A stretch of 64,000 nt of DNA, from assembly GCA_964187785.1 (NCBI GenBank), contig OZ076414.1, positions 55,676,001-55,740,000 of the forward strand, in the 5' to 3' direction. Below the pieces are notes generated by a model. The model was given only the letters and a program-made list of their open reading frames with translations. It ran no database searches and was not told where the DNA came from. Position numbers and translations under genes: made by a program. This DNA comes from Amphiscolops sp. MND2022. Taxonomy: Eukaryota. Of the stretch, positions 24,001 to 36,000 are shown one piece after another. How positions within the stretch are numbered: the stretch's first letter is position 1; every line of letters begins with the position of its first letter.

Positions 24001-27000
24001 TGATTGTCTATTCACTGCGTTTAAATTTTATTTCACCGAAATTGTTGATCTGAAAGGTTCTATTTTTCAGAAACTGTTGGCTGCTGTTCACTTTCATCAA
24101 AGTCTACCTTATCCATCATTGAAACAACCTAGTTTGGCAAGAAAAAGATTATTCCGTAAACGATTCAAATTTCACTTTGCTAAAGCTATTTCTTCAAGAA
24201 GTATCCCTGGACCACGATTCAACGCAGACTTAATATCCAAAGTTGAACAAATCGTTTATTCACCTGTGGGTCTCGAATTTGTGAAATTAGTGGATTCACT
24301 ATCGTCTGGACAAAAAGTTACCCTTGATCATTTGCAGACCATCTTATCGCTCAATTAATTTACAAGATGCCGCACGATCGCAAGCAGTGTGACGTTTGCA
24401 ATAAACTTATTGCGAAAAATAATTTTGCTCGTCATATTAAATCTCATCAACACCGATGTCCAAATTGCCCCAAGACATTTGGAAAATTGGTGAGATTACA
24501 ATATCATATTGCAACAAAACATGGTGCAAATCGTGCGAAATCATTCGTTTGCAGAGTGTGTCATCAACCTTTCCAGACCTTTCATCAACTATCTTTCCAC
24601 AATCGTTCCCAACATCAAAATTATCCTTCAGCCTCCAACGTCAACAAGGAAATAGATCTGAGTGAATTCAACTCCGATCCAAATCTCTTGAGTGAGATGC
24701 GTACTGTACAACATTTTCTTACAGACTCAAAAATCCAAACAAGTAGGAAAATTGTTTATAATTTCAGACTGAATTCGCTAGATGAAAAGTTCATTGATGA
24801 GAAATTGGACTTTATCCATTCTGAACTTCCTTGTGCAGCAAAACTCAACTTTTCGTTTGGGTTTGTCTTGCAAAACATTCAGAACCTCGGCGAGTTTCGA
24901 TACTTTTACGCTGAGAATAACAATCCCGTTTTTCATTTCCCAGTCATATTTTCCACATTAGAAGACTTAGAATTTATCAAGGATCGTTATGAAGATGAAA
25001 ACGTCTTCGAGAGTATTATTCAACAGCGTCCAGACACAAAATGGCGATTTTACTGTGTGACTAATGTGACTTTCTTTGTTTATCTGATGCCTCGAGTTGC
25101 ACTTGGTTGTACTGATGTAGATTTACCCAATGCTTTGATTCGCAATAAGAGTGTTAAATGCTTTCTCTCCGACAGTAATAGCAACCCGTATCACGACAAT
25201 TTGTGTCTTTTTCGCGCTATAGCATTCGATCTTCATGGGAGTGAGAACTTGTCGAATAATACCCTTCTCTACTTCACATCGTTCTTGAGCGAAAGTGGAC
25301 AAGATGCAATTGATTTCCCTGGTGTTTCGCCAGAGGAAATTCCTCTAGTAGAAAAAATTACATCAGTTAATTTGAATATGTTTTCTTTGTATTACAATGA
25401 AGAAGGGTTACTACATGGGGAACTCTCACGAAGAAGTGCAGGACTTTTCAAGAAAGGACTATCTTTAGTTCAGTACAACAACCACGTGTGTTGGGTCAGT
25501 AACATCAACACTCTCTTGAAAAACTTCAGATGTCACAACTGTGACAAGTATTTCACAAAGAGCTCTCTATTGGATCGTCATTTGCTGAGTTGTGATGACA
25601 ATGTTAAACACACTTATCCCAATGGACCGTACGAACTTAGAGAAACAATTTTCGAGAAGCTGGAGGATATAAACATTCATGTTGAGACGGAGAGACGATT
25701 GTTCCAAAATTTAGCTGTGTTTGACTTTGAAGCTCTCGCTGTTCCACTAGGAAGCAACACTTCCAATCAAGAGAACACAACATGGATAGCTCGCCATGTT
25801 CCAATAAGCGTAGCTATTTCATCTAATCTTTGCGATCAACCTATTTTTATCTGCTCCAGTGATCCCAGGGAACTTGTCAGTCGGTTTGTCGATGAACTCA
25901 AAAAGATATCGGAAAAGAGTGCAACGCAATACAGAGATTTGTTCAAAAACGAACTCGATGAGATTGCAAAACGTGTTAACCATCTGATAGAAAAACTTCC
26001 TAGAAGAAAAAGACGACAACCTACAAATGATAATCTCCTAGATGAAGCTCACGAAGACAACAACGAAGAGATTGATGATGAAGACATTCAGAATGATCCC
26101 AATCTCATGGGTTTATTTCAGGAAAAAGAAACACTCACTCGAGTTTTATTGGAGTTGGAAAAGTACTGTGACTATCTACCTGTATTCGGATTTAACAGTT
26201 CGAAGTATGATCTGAATCTAATCAAACAGTATCTGTTGGAGTATCTCCTACTAGAACACGAATGTTCTCCATCGGTAATTAAAGTTAGCAACAAGTATAT
26301 TAGTTGCAGTTTCATGGGAATTCAGTTTCTAGACATTTTGAACTTTCTCGGAGGAGCAACATCCCTCGACAAATTTTTGAAAGCTTATGGTGCATCGGAA
26401 GAGAAAGGATTTTTTCCCTATGAATGGTTCGATGATGTAGTTAAATTGGAACAACCGTGTCTGCCCCCAGCTGAAGCGTTTTTCAGTAAATTGAAAAACT
26501 GTAATGTTCTTGATTCTGACTATCAACATTACATTCAGTTATTGAATCAAGGTGTTGCTGTTCCTGATGCTTTGAGAAAGCTTGGTTTGAAGGAAATACC
26601 AAAGACTAGAGAAGAGAACTATGAAGCCTTGGAAAGAATCTGGATTGAAGAAGGCATGTTGACGTTTCGTGATTTCTTGGAATGGTACAATGTTAAAGAT
26701 GTGAAACCTACCCTTGAAGCTATGTTGACGATGATGAAATTTTATCATGATAGAGGTATCGATATGTTGAAGCTTGGTTGTACTCTACCAAATTTAGCAA
26801 ATCGTATTCTTCATTCCTCGACAAACTTCAAATTCTTTCCATTCATCGAATCAGATCGACAGTATGATGATTATATTCGAAAATGGTTAACAGGAGGTCC
26901 ATCTATCATATTCACTCGATATGCGAAAGTGGGGGATACAAAAATCAAAAATTCTTCCAATGTCTGCAAAGCTATTGTTGGAATTGACGCTAGCCAATTG

Positions 27001-30000
27001 TATCCGTTTGCGATGACAAAAGAACTACCCACTGGTCCATACACGAAGTGGGAATTGAAAGATGATAATCGATTTCATCCAAACAGGTTGAGACGGAGTC
27101 ATTTTGAAGAATTGGTTCTCGAATTCCAACAATTCAAACGTCCTGAATGTTGCATACAAACTCAGTTCAATCGAAAGCAAAAGAAGTTTGGAAGATTTTC
27201 TGTGGATGGTTACTGTTCACATTGTTCCACAGTGTTCGAAGCAATGGGATGTTTCTATCATTTTTGTCACTGTCAAGAGAAACGTCGTTTACCTTTAGAA
27301 GACATCGAAAAAGGAGTGAAACGTCGACAATCTGATGCTTTCCGCAGAAGATTCCTCAGAAGTAAGGGATTAAACATTGTTGAAATTTGGGAATGTCAGT
27401 GGTGGAGAATGGTGAAATCAAACGAAGAAGGAGCTAAAGATTTCATGAAAAAAAGTCACCCCTTCATTCCCCCATTATCCGAAGCTAGTCTTCTCCAACG
27501 AATTAGACAGGAACAACTCTTTGGAGTTTTGGACTGCACTATTGAGGTTCCCATGGAGTTGCGAGATCAATTTGCTGATTTTCCACCAATCTTCAAAAAC
27601 TGCGATGTTTCTCGTGAAGATATAGGAACACACATGCAATCCTTCGCGCAGACAAATAACTTATTGAAAAAACCCACTCGCATGTTGATATCGAGTTTTA
27701 AACTAGAGCGGGGTCCAATTATAACACCACTCTTGAACTTTTATCTCGAAAAAGGATTGATTGTTAGAAAAATTCATTGGTTTCTTCAATACAAACCGAA
27801 GAAAACGTTTGAAGGGTTCGTTGCTTCGGTAGTGCAAGCACGCAGAAGAGGTGATGAAAACAAGGACTCTTCTGTTGTGGCTGAGACAATGAAACTGATC
27901 GCGAATTCTTCCTATGGATATCAAATCATGGATCGTTCGAAACACACAAACACCAAGTTTGTTGTGGGATCAGAGGTGGATAAGTTAGTCAATAATCGAA
28001 TGTTCAAGCGTTTCCACCACCTACCTCGCGAAATCTTTGAAGTGGAATTGGGAAAGAGGAAAATTGAACACAAAGAACCTATCATTGTTGGTTTTTTTAT
28101 ACTCCAATATGCTAAACTTGTCATGCTCCAATTATATTACAACTTTTTCAAAATCTTTTGTGATGATACCAAGTTCGAACTGATTGAGATGGATACGGAT
28201 AGTTTATACATGGCAATATCCGAGACGAATATCGAAGAAATCATCAAGCCTGAGATGAAGACTTTGTGGCAAAACTGTCGGTGGGCCGATTGTAGTGAAA
28301 GGGAATTCAAAGCCGATGGCCGATTCAATTTCTTCCCTAGAAACTGTTGCAGTCACCACAACAAATATGATCAAAGAACACCTGGTCTTTTCAAAGAAGA
28401 GTTTCGATGTACTGAAATGGTAGCCTTGTGTTCAAAGACATACTGTTGCTTTGATGCCCAATCAGAGACAGTAAAAATCAGTTGTAAAGGTGTCAACAAA
28501 TCTGCTCTGAAAAATGACAATCCCATGATGAAAATGAGGAGTGTGTTGCAAAAACAGGAGGAAATAACGTCTATTAACAGAGGATTCAGAGTGGTAGAAC
28601 AGAAAGAGATTTGTACATATGAACTGAAGAAACGGGGTCTCTCTTATTTCTATCCTAAACGAAAAGTTCAAGAAGATGGTATTCATACTGAACCTTTAGA
28701 TATTTAGTATTCTTATTCAGTTTTGTTTCAATTTGTACTCCCATTCATTTTCCAATTGGAAAAAGATTTTTTTTTACTTTTGTTTTAATTGGAGTCTGAG
28801 AAACTCGATAGATCAGGTGTATACTTTCCCAAGGAAATGAAAATGTTTGAACCTTGATTCACAACAAAGTCTCTTGTCATTAAGATAATTGAGTATTCAA
28901 ACGAGTCAATCACTTGTAATTTCTCAGTAGGTAATTACCTTCACTGACAAGTAGACTCATAAGCGGGAAACATTCTATCCGGGTAGTCTGATAAGATTGA
29001 CAGGTTCTTTTATTTGAGTAAATAATTACTTTCGCCAACGGGTAGTCTGATAAGATTGACAGGTTCTTTTAGTTGAGTCAATAATTACTTTCGCCAACGG
29101 ATAGGATTGACAGTTTGGAACATAAGCAGCCCCTTGGGGCACTAGAGGAAATGAGGTGTAGTCTGATAAGATTGACAGTTTGGAACATAAGCAGCCCCAA
29201 GGGGCACTAGAGGAAATGACGGGTAGTCTCATAAGATTGACAGGTTCTTTTATTTGAGTAAATAATTACTTTCGCCAACAGCTAGTCTGATAAAATTGAC
29301 AGGTTCTTTTAGTAGAGTAAATAATTACTTTCGCCAACAGCTAGTCTGATAAAATTGACAGGTTCTTTTAGTAGAGTAAATAATTACTTTCGCCAAAGGC
29401 TAGTCTGATAAAATTGACAGGTTCTTTTAGTAGAGTAAATAATTAGTTCATCGAGTCCGATGACCTTCACAGGTTATTTGACTCAAATAGGACAGTTCTC
29501 GGGTAAATGAACTCCTCACTTTATACCGGCCACATTGGAACACATACTACTACTGTCATTCTATTCGAATTTACTGCTTTTTGTGACTCAAAAAATCAGG
29601 CTGTAACTACAACATCTTCGAGACTGCTTAATGTGCAAGAAGCGATTGAGGGAACATTCATTCGAGGGAACAGTAATTGGACACCAATGATGGGGTTAAA
29701 TGATTCAATTAATGAGAAAATTTAACGGGGTTCATTTCTTGGTCATTATTGCCACAAACTTTTAAAACCAATAAAAAGTTTCCTCTAGTCAAATTTGCAC
29801 CATACGCGAAAGGACCATACCCAGGACATAACAAAAATTCTAACCAAATTCCAACTAAAATGTGAAATAATTTTCCAAAATTAGGACTAACTGGAACCCG
29901 CAGTCGTATCTTCCTTTGTTCTTCAGACTGATAGTCTGCTTGACAGTCTCGCCGACCCTGTTGGTGCCAAAGTCAATGCCTCCTTCGGTGCCCTTGGGGA

Positions 30001-33000
30001 AACTCATGTCCAGAGCCACGTCATAGGCCTCTGCCAGAATCTGGAGGTTTTCCAGTTGTACCAGACCCATAATCTGGTCTTTATCCGAAACCTGTAGAAA
30101 TGGTTCTATGCCGATATTTAATAGACTACATTTGAAGAAACGTTTTTGCTTCGACATCACTTTTTTCTGATCAGGTTTTTCACCCTTTCAAAAACTATAG
30201 AAAAGAAGAGAATCAAACAAAACCTTGGAAACGTGTTTTTTGCAAATTAGATGAATTTGGGGTCCACAAAGACGCATAACATGCCTTATCTGAAATTCGG
30301 TGATTATAGATTCGAAAACCGCACAACTCTAACCGGGCTCTTCAAACATTCTGCAGAGACCTTGTGCGTTCAATGGAAAACAATGGAAAACAACGATAAT
30401 ATTTCGTCTGCCAGAAAAACAACCCATCTAGCCAGTTAGCCCCAGTTTCGACACAACCATGGCTTACCTCCAGTCTGATGACTTTGCGAATGTTGGTGGG
30501 TTTGAGTCCCCTGAAGTGACAAGTGAGGGCGAACTCCTTTTTGGCGTCAATGATGCCCTGCTCCTGACTCATGGTGAAGTCCTCGCCAAGACCCTCGATT
30601 CCACTCAGGCGCCAGGCAACCGGCAACAGAGAAGTATTCTTGATGTAGATCACCCGCGAGTCTTTCCTGTTGAATAAGACCCAAGGGTACGTCAGGATAT
30701 AAGTTGCCGAAATTCCATCAAACATGAGAGTGTAAACCCAAAAAATGCTTTTATTGATTAGGATAAGTCCTCGCCAAGTTAGGAATTTGGCGAGGTTTCA
30801 AAAATGGAGAATAGAGAAAAGCTTCCCGACCGCATCTATTCGATGGTATTGGAAAATTTAAGATTTTCACTTAACCGAATAATCGTTTAAGATAACCGGC
30901 TAAGCGGTCATCCGATATCTCAACACTGAAGAAAATTTATTATACATAGGGCCAGGTTGCAATAACTTTTATATTACAATTCAAAAAGACTGCATTAAAC
31001 ACAAAATAGCTTCTGTGGCCCTTAATTTAAGACCAAAAGCTCTCAAAGTGCTTCAGCAAACAGTCCTGATACCAGTTTTTGTATATTGGAAAGCTCGGTT
31101 TATTTTTTCTTACCAATAAGGATATCAATTATAGTGAGCGGGTTAAAATTTCGCGACTTTCCGCAGCTTTTTCGTTGACAGATTAAACTTTTCAAAATTG
31201 GTTAACTATTTATTATTCTCTATTTAATGATAATCAAAGACACACTGTCTAAGAGCATTGATATTTTTTTTGAGTATCCACAAATTGACCTCACCTGTGC
31301 AAAAGAACTTTGTCAAACTTGAACTCCTTTTTGTCAAGTTCAATCTCTGGTCTCACTCCCGTGCATTGGACCTTGAAAATCAAAGGTTCGGGGTTTTCCT
31401 TCACACAACACACCAAAGTGTCTTTCACAATGCCCGGTGATTTGGGATACGCCCATATCCTCAAGGTTTGAGACTCCCCAGCCTTCAGCTCCATTGATGG
31501 AGGGTGAAATAAGAAGGTATCCCCTATGTTGTCCTTCAAAAACGTGACTGCCACTTGAGCAGGTACTGAAGACGTGTTTGTAATATTGAGACATTCCATG
31601 TTTTCGGGGTACCTGCCTTCAAGGTACGATTCCCTGGATTTGCCACAAATCAGGGGTCCGAACTCGTAATACTCGTTATTTGGGGACATGATGTATTTCT
31701 TGCTCACTATTTCCTCCTTCTTCAGATTTTTCTTTCGATTCGGGAAAACAACTCTGCGAAAAAAAGTATTGCGTTAAGAAACATTATTTTGCGTTAAGAA
31801 AATGTTGTTGCTCAAATACTTCGGGGCGGAAAATACCGCACTGTTGAGCGAGCGTCTTATTGGAAGTAATTGGTGGAACTACGGTGAACAATTTTACAGT
31901 AAGATCATTTCGGGCTCTAATTAAGTTGTAAAGTGCCACAAGAATTTCACTAATAGACCAACAACTGGTTTGGCTAATAAGTCCAGACGGATTGCTCAAA
32001 TATCGGAGCTGTAGTGTAATAGTCAGCACGTCAGGTCGTGTCATGATTCAAGAATCACGTACAAAATTTCGTTCAAGTATTCACAGGACAGACGTGGACT
32101 AATCAGATGTGGCAGCCAATCACAGATCAACACGAATACGATGAGAAAGCCTCTGTAGCACTGGAAGTGGACCCAACAGACAACTGAGAGAACTAGTGAA
32201 CTATAAACACGTTCAACCAGAACCTCTATCATTTCTTTTCGATATTTTGAGTATATCTTCAACTATGCTAAACTCCTTCTTACATTTTGTAAATACCTTC
32301 ATCTCTCTGAAACACTTTAATTAATTATTCAAAACATCAACTCTCACTTTCCGGAGAATCTCTATAGGAGAGAACCCTTCAGCTCCTAGAAGAATTGCCA
32401 AAATGAATAAAACTTTTCCACCGCTCTGCCTAAATCTTTGATCTATGACAGGTCGTGACTTGGAAAAATAGGATCGAATCTAAATCTTTCCTTTAGTGTC
32501 TAGATAGTTTGGTGGGGACTATACCCAGGCTTTTGATCTTTGCGAAACTGGGCAGATCTGCAGAATCTTCACAGAAGTATGCCGATTTTTTGGCATTAAA
32601 GAGTTTTGCAGTAATGGTTTTCTGCAGCTTCTAGGGAACCAATATACTGCATTTTTGGCTTCTTCAACTACTTTACCAAATATTTTCGATAGATCTGCAG
32701 AGCTCTCTACAGATCTGTACAGATTGCTGCAGAAAACGTTTTCATCATTTTGACATAAATGAGATTTCTCACCAGTTCTAAACATTTTAAATATACGTTT
32801 GACATCTCTGTGGGGTTTTATTGTGTTTTTGATTAGGTCATATTTTCTTCGAATCTGCACATATCTGCAAAGTTCTCCAAAAATATTTCAGATCTGCACA
32901 GATTCACAAAGGTCGAAAACCTGGGTACTAATTAAATCGCAAAAAGACAGTAAAAACGACTCAACCGACGTTCAAGGTTCTGTAGTACATGTAAAAGGTA

Positions 33001-36000
33001 AGATCTGAATCGTCAGCATAAAAACGGTTTTCGAAATTTCAATTTCCAAAAATTGTTACCTCGGTTCCTTGGAAATCTGCGGGAAAGCACACACTCCCCT
33101 GCAGAAGAGCTGGTATCTTCGTTTGGTGCTCATGATCTCGAAATTCAGAGTTTGGTCAAACTGTCCGATGTCGTTGGAAGAGAATCGCAATTTCAGAGTT
33201 ATCTCTCCTCCAGCCTCGATGACCCAGCGGAATTTTCCCAACCTGCAGCACAGCAAAGTGGAAAATTCCTCAAACGAAACAAGGGAATATGCCACGTGGA
33301 CATAGAGATGAATGTTAGACATGATGGGATGAACAAAAAACATGGAACATGAAAATTCACACAAGGGTTTTGTTCGTCAAATAAAGGTTGGTTTTGGACA
33401 TATGGCATCAAAGATCAGCTAAATTAACGGTTCCTGAAAACTTGTGTCATAAATTAACAACGAAAAGTTCAAATGAGTCACTTTAACAGAAAACAAGACT
33501 GGAACGTCTAAAGTCGGCGCTATATCTAAGGCTCAAAAAGCTCAGTTTTCTAAATATGCCCAGGATGTATTCATGAAAAGCTTTGAAAACACTTTCGAGA
33601 CACCCAAAGTGTGCCTTTCATGCTCGATATGACTGGAAAATCACTTTTCTCGACTGGAAACAAAAAAATTTTTTTGAAAATTTTTTCTGAAAAATTTTTT
33701 TTGAAAAAAACTTCGAAAATGTCGCATAACGCCGAAAAATGAAAAGGGGGGACCCTTTGGGATTCATTAACATACTTTCTGTTGCAAAATATCAAAAAAT
33801 CCGAAGGCGGACTCTTTTGAAAAATTAAAAATTTTCGAAAAAAAAATTCGCACAGTGCCGAAAAAAAATTGAAAGGGGGGACCCTTTGGAGTCTTCCGGT
33901 TTTGTAGGTTACGTAAAAAAGGTAAAAAACGAAAGGGGGGACCCTTTGCAGTAAGTTTGCATTGGTGGAACTTGGCCTGAGTGAACTTATCAGTTTCTGT
34001 AAAAAGTGGTACATACGCGATGAGCTCTGTGGTCTGACGAAAAAAAAAGAAAAAAAAACTAGCCACTGTAATAGTCGGGCTTTTTTCCTTAAAGGAAAAT
34101 GCGCCGACTAAAAAAGAACTGGTGAACATTTGAAAACTTTCTGTCACGAAGTTTTGAAAAGTTTTGAAAAATGATCATTGAGATGTAACCGAACGAGGAG
34201 CAATCATAAGATGTTCATCTGCTAAAGGCTGCACAGGCCTGATGTGCGGATAGCCAGAGTGTCCAGATATCCAGCAAGTTTATGAAGGAAACGTTTTAAG
34301 AAAAAGTGATGAATGCTGAATGAAATATTTCCATTTATAGGATACAGAAAACTCCAACTAAATGGATGTTGAAGATGCAAAATGGGAAAAGTGATATGGC
34401 GAAATTTTTCATGGATCTAAGAATCCTTTTCCCCGATCCAAGACAAAAACTTCTGGAACAGTTACCGAAAATCCCACTCATAATTGCTGACTCAAAACCA
34501 TTGCCAAGACCATAATATACTCGCAAAACTAAACGATAAAATATTCATTCCCATTTTGGTGATCAAGAGGATATAGAATACTCTCATAACTGAACGCAGT
34601 TTGATTGTTACAAAAGTTTTTGAATGGGACATGCAGTGAGGAAAATTTGAACCATTTGTTTAACCATTTGTTCCACAAATTGGTTAAATAATGGTTTGTT
34701 ACACGTTTGTAATCATTAACCAATCTGTTGAACAGATTCGGTTAAAAACATGATTTTAACCAATTTTGAAAATAAAATTTTTTGTCATTTCTGTGTTGTT
34801 TGACCAGGCCAACCAAAAACTCAGTCACAAACACAAAATTCATAAATGGTTGAGGAGTTAAAGTAAGGTCAGGCAGTCATGTCTAGTTTCCGCACCTTAT
34901 TATGAACTCCCAACCACTCATCCGATTGTGTTTTCAAGAACCTCGAGGAAATGGCCACAAAGGTAAACCCTAATGCGGAAAAGTTATAAAAAAAATTGGT
35001 TAAATTCAGATTCATGGCGAAAATTGGTTTAACAGTTTCTGTTTTTAAAAATTTTCAATCGGTTATTGTTAAATAATCTTTTAAAAAGATTTAACACAAC
35101 ATAACTGGGGACATGATACTACACTACACGATACAATGGTACTAACGGAATAACTTCCGTTTTTATGATAATAGGAAGTGTGACCGCAGTTTTAGCCGCA
35201 TCCACGCCGCTAGAGGGCTGCAGCACACTGACAAAACAACAACAACACGTTGGTGACGTCACTAATGTTGAAATAGAAGCCGCAGAAGTACTTGTGAGAT
35301 GTCACCCAAAATTGCTACTACATAATATCGTTCATATTTCGTGTTCATTATCGTTCATTTCGAGTTCAAACCCGATTATATTTCAAACTGTATTTTCAAC
35401 AGAACACAATTGAAAATCTACCAGACTTACCCTTTCTCATCATCGCTTCAAAGTTGAAATTGTTGATTAATATTTGAACAAATTTTGTCAATCAGCAAAC
35501 TTTTAAAATCGTACTTGAAAACTTATGAAAACGAAGAATTTTGAAACAAAAATTCGCAAAAATTACCAATTCGAAAAACTAACCACTGATCAGTATGAAA
35601 AACCATAACCAATGAAGTTCATTTAGACTTGACCTTGGCAAACTGGTTCTTTTCAACCTGTCTTTTTCAGGACTTATTTCTCCGAATTCGGATTGAATGC
35701 ATATGCTCTAACCCTTTCTGTTCATAACACTTTGTTTTTAACTTTGTTAAATCTCGCTTATGTACTGCAAAAGACTTTTTTCGTTGTCACATGTTATGTT
35801 TGAAACCAAGTCATGTCAAATCATCCCAAGTCCACATTTCTGAAAAACGAATTTTCATCCAACAAGCTGAGAACAGCTGGAGGTCAGCGCAAAAATTGGT
35901 CGTACACTTGTGAGATTCGAGCGGCAATTTTAGTCTCAATTAAAAGCTCCGACTAACTAAATCGATAACAAGGAATTATTCGAACTCTTTTTCTAATTCC

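Larger units (their letters stand above)
10878..29554. mobile_element. Complete Polinton/Maverick (adintovirus-like endogenous dsDNA virus), 18,677 bp
   Basis: Termini AGTAGTAGTATGTG...CACATACTACTACT; 6-bp TSD GTCATT at 10872-10877 and 29555-29560; full core gene set with uninterrupted ORFs. Confidence 0.96.

Noticed and set aside
15883-28686. Antisense and alternate-frame ORFs overlapping Polinton genes
   Set aside because: Shadows of long real ORFs, with no independent signals.
33950-34035. Candidate HYDIN exon (TTELIAYVPLF...)
   Set aside because: No resemblance to HYDIN, no good donor, and the flanking exons already join in phase without it.
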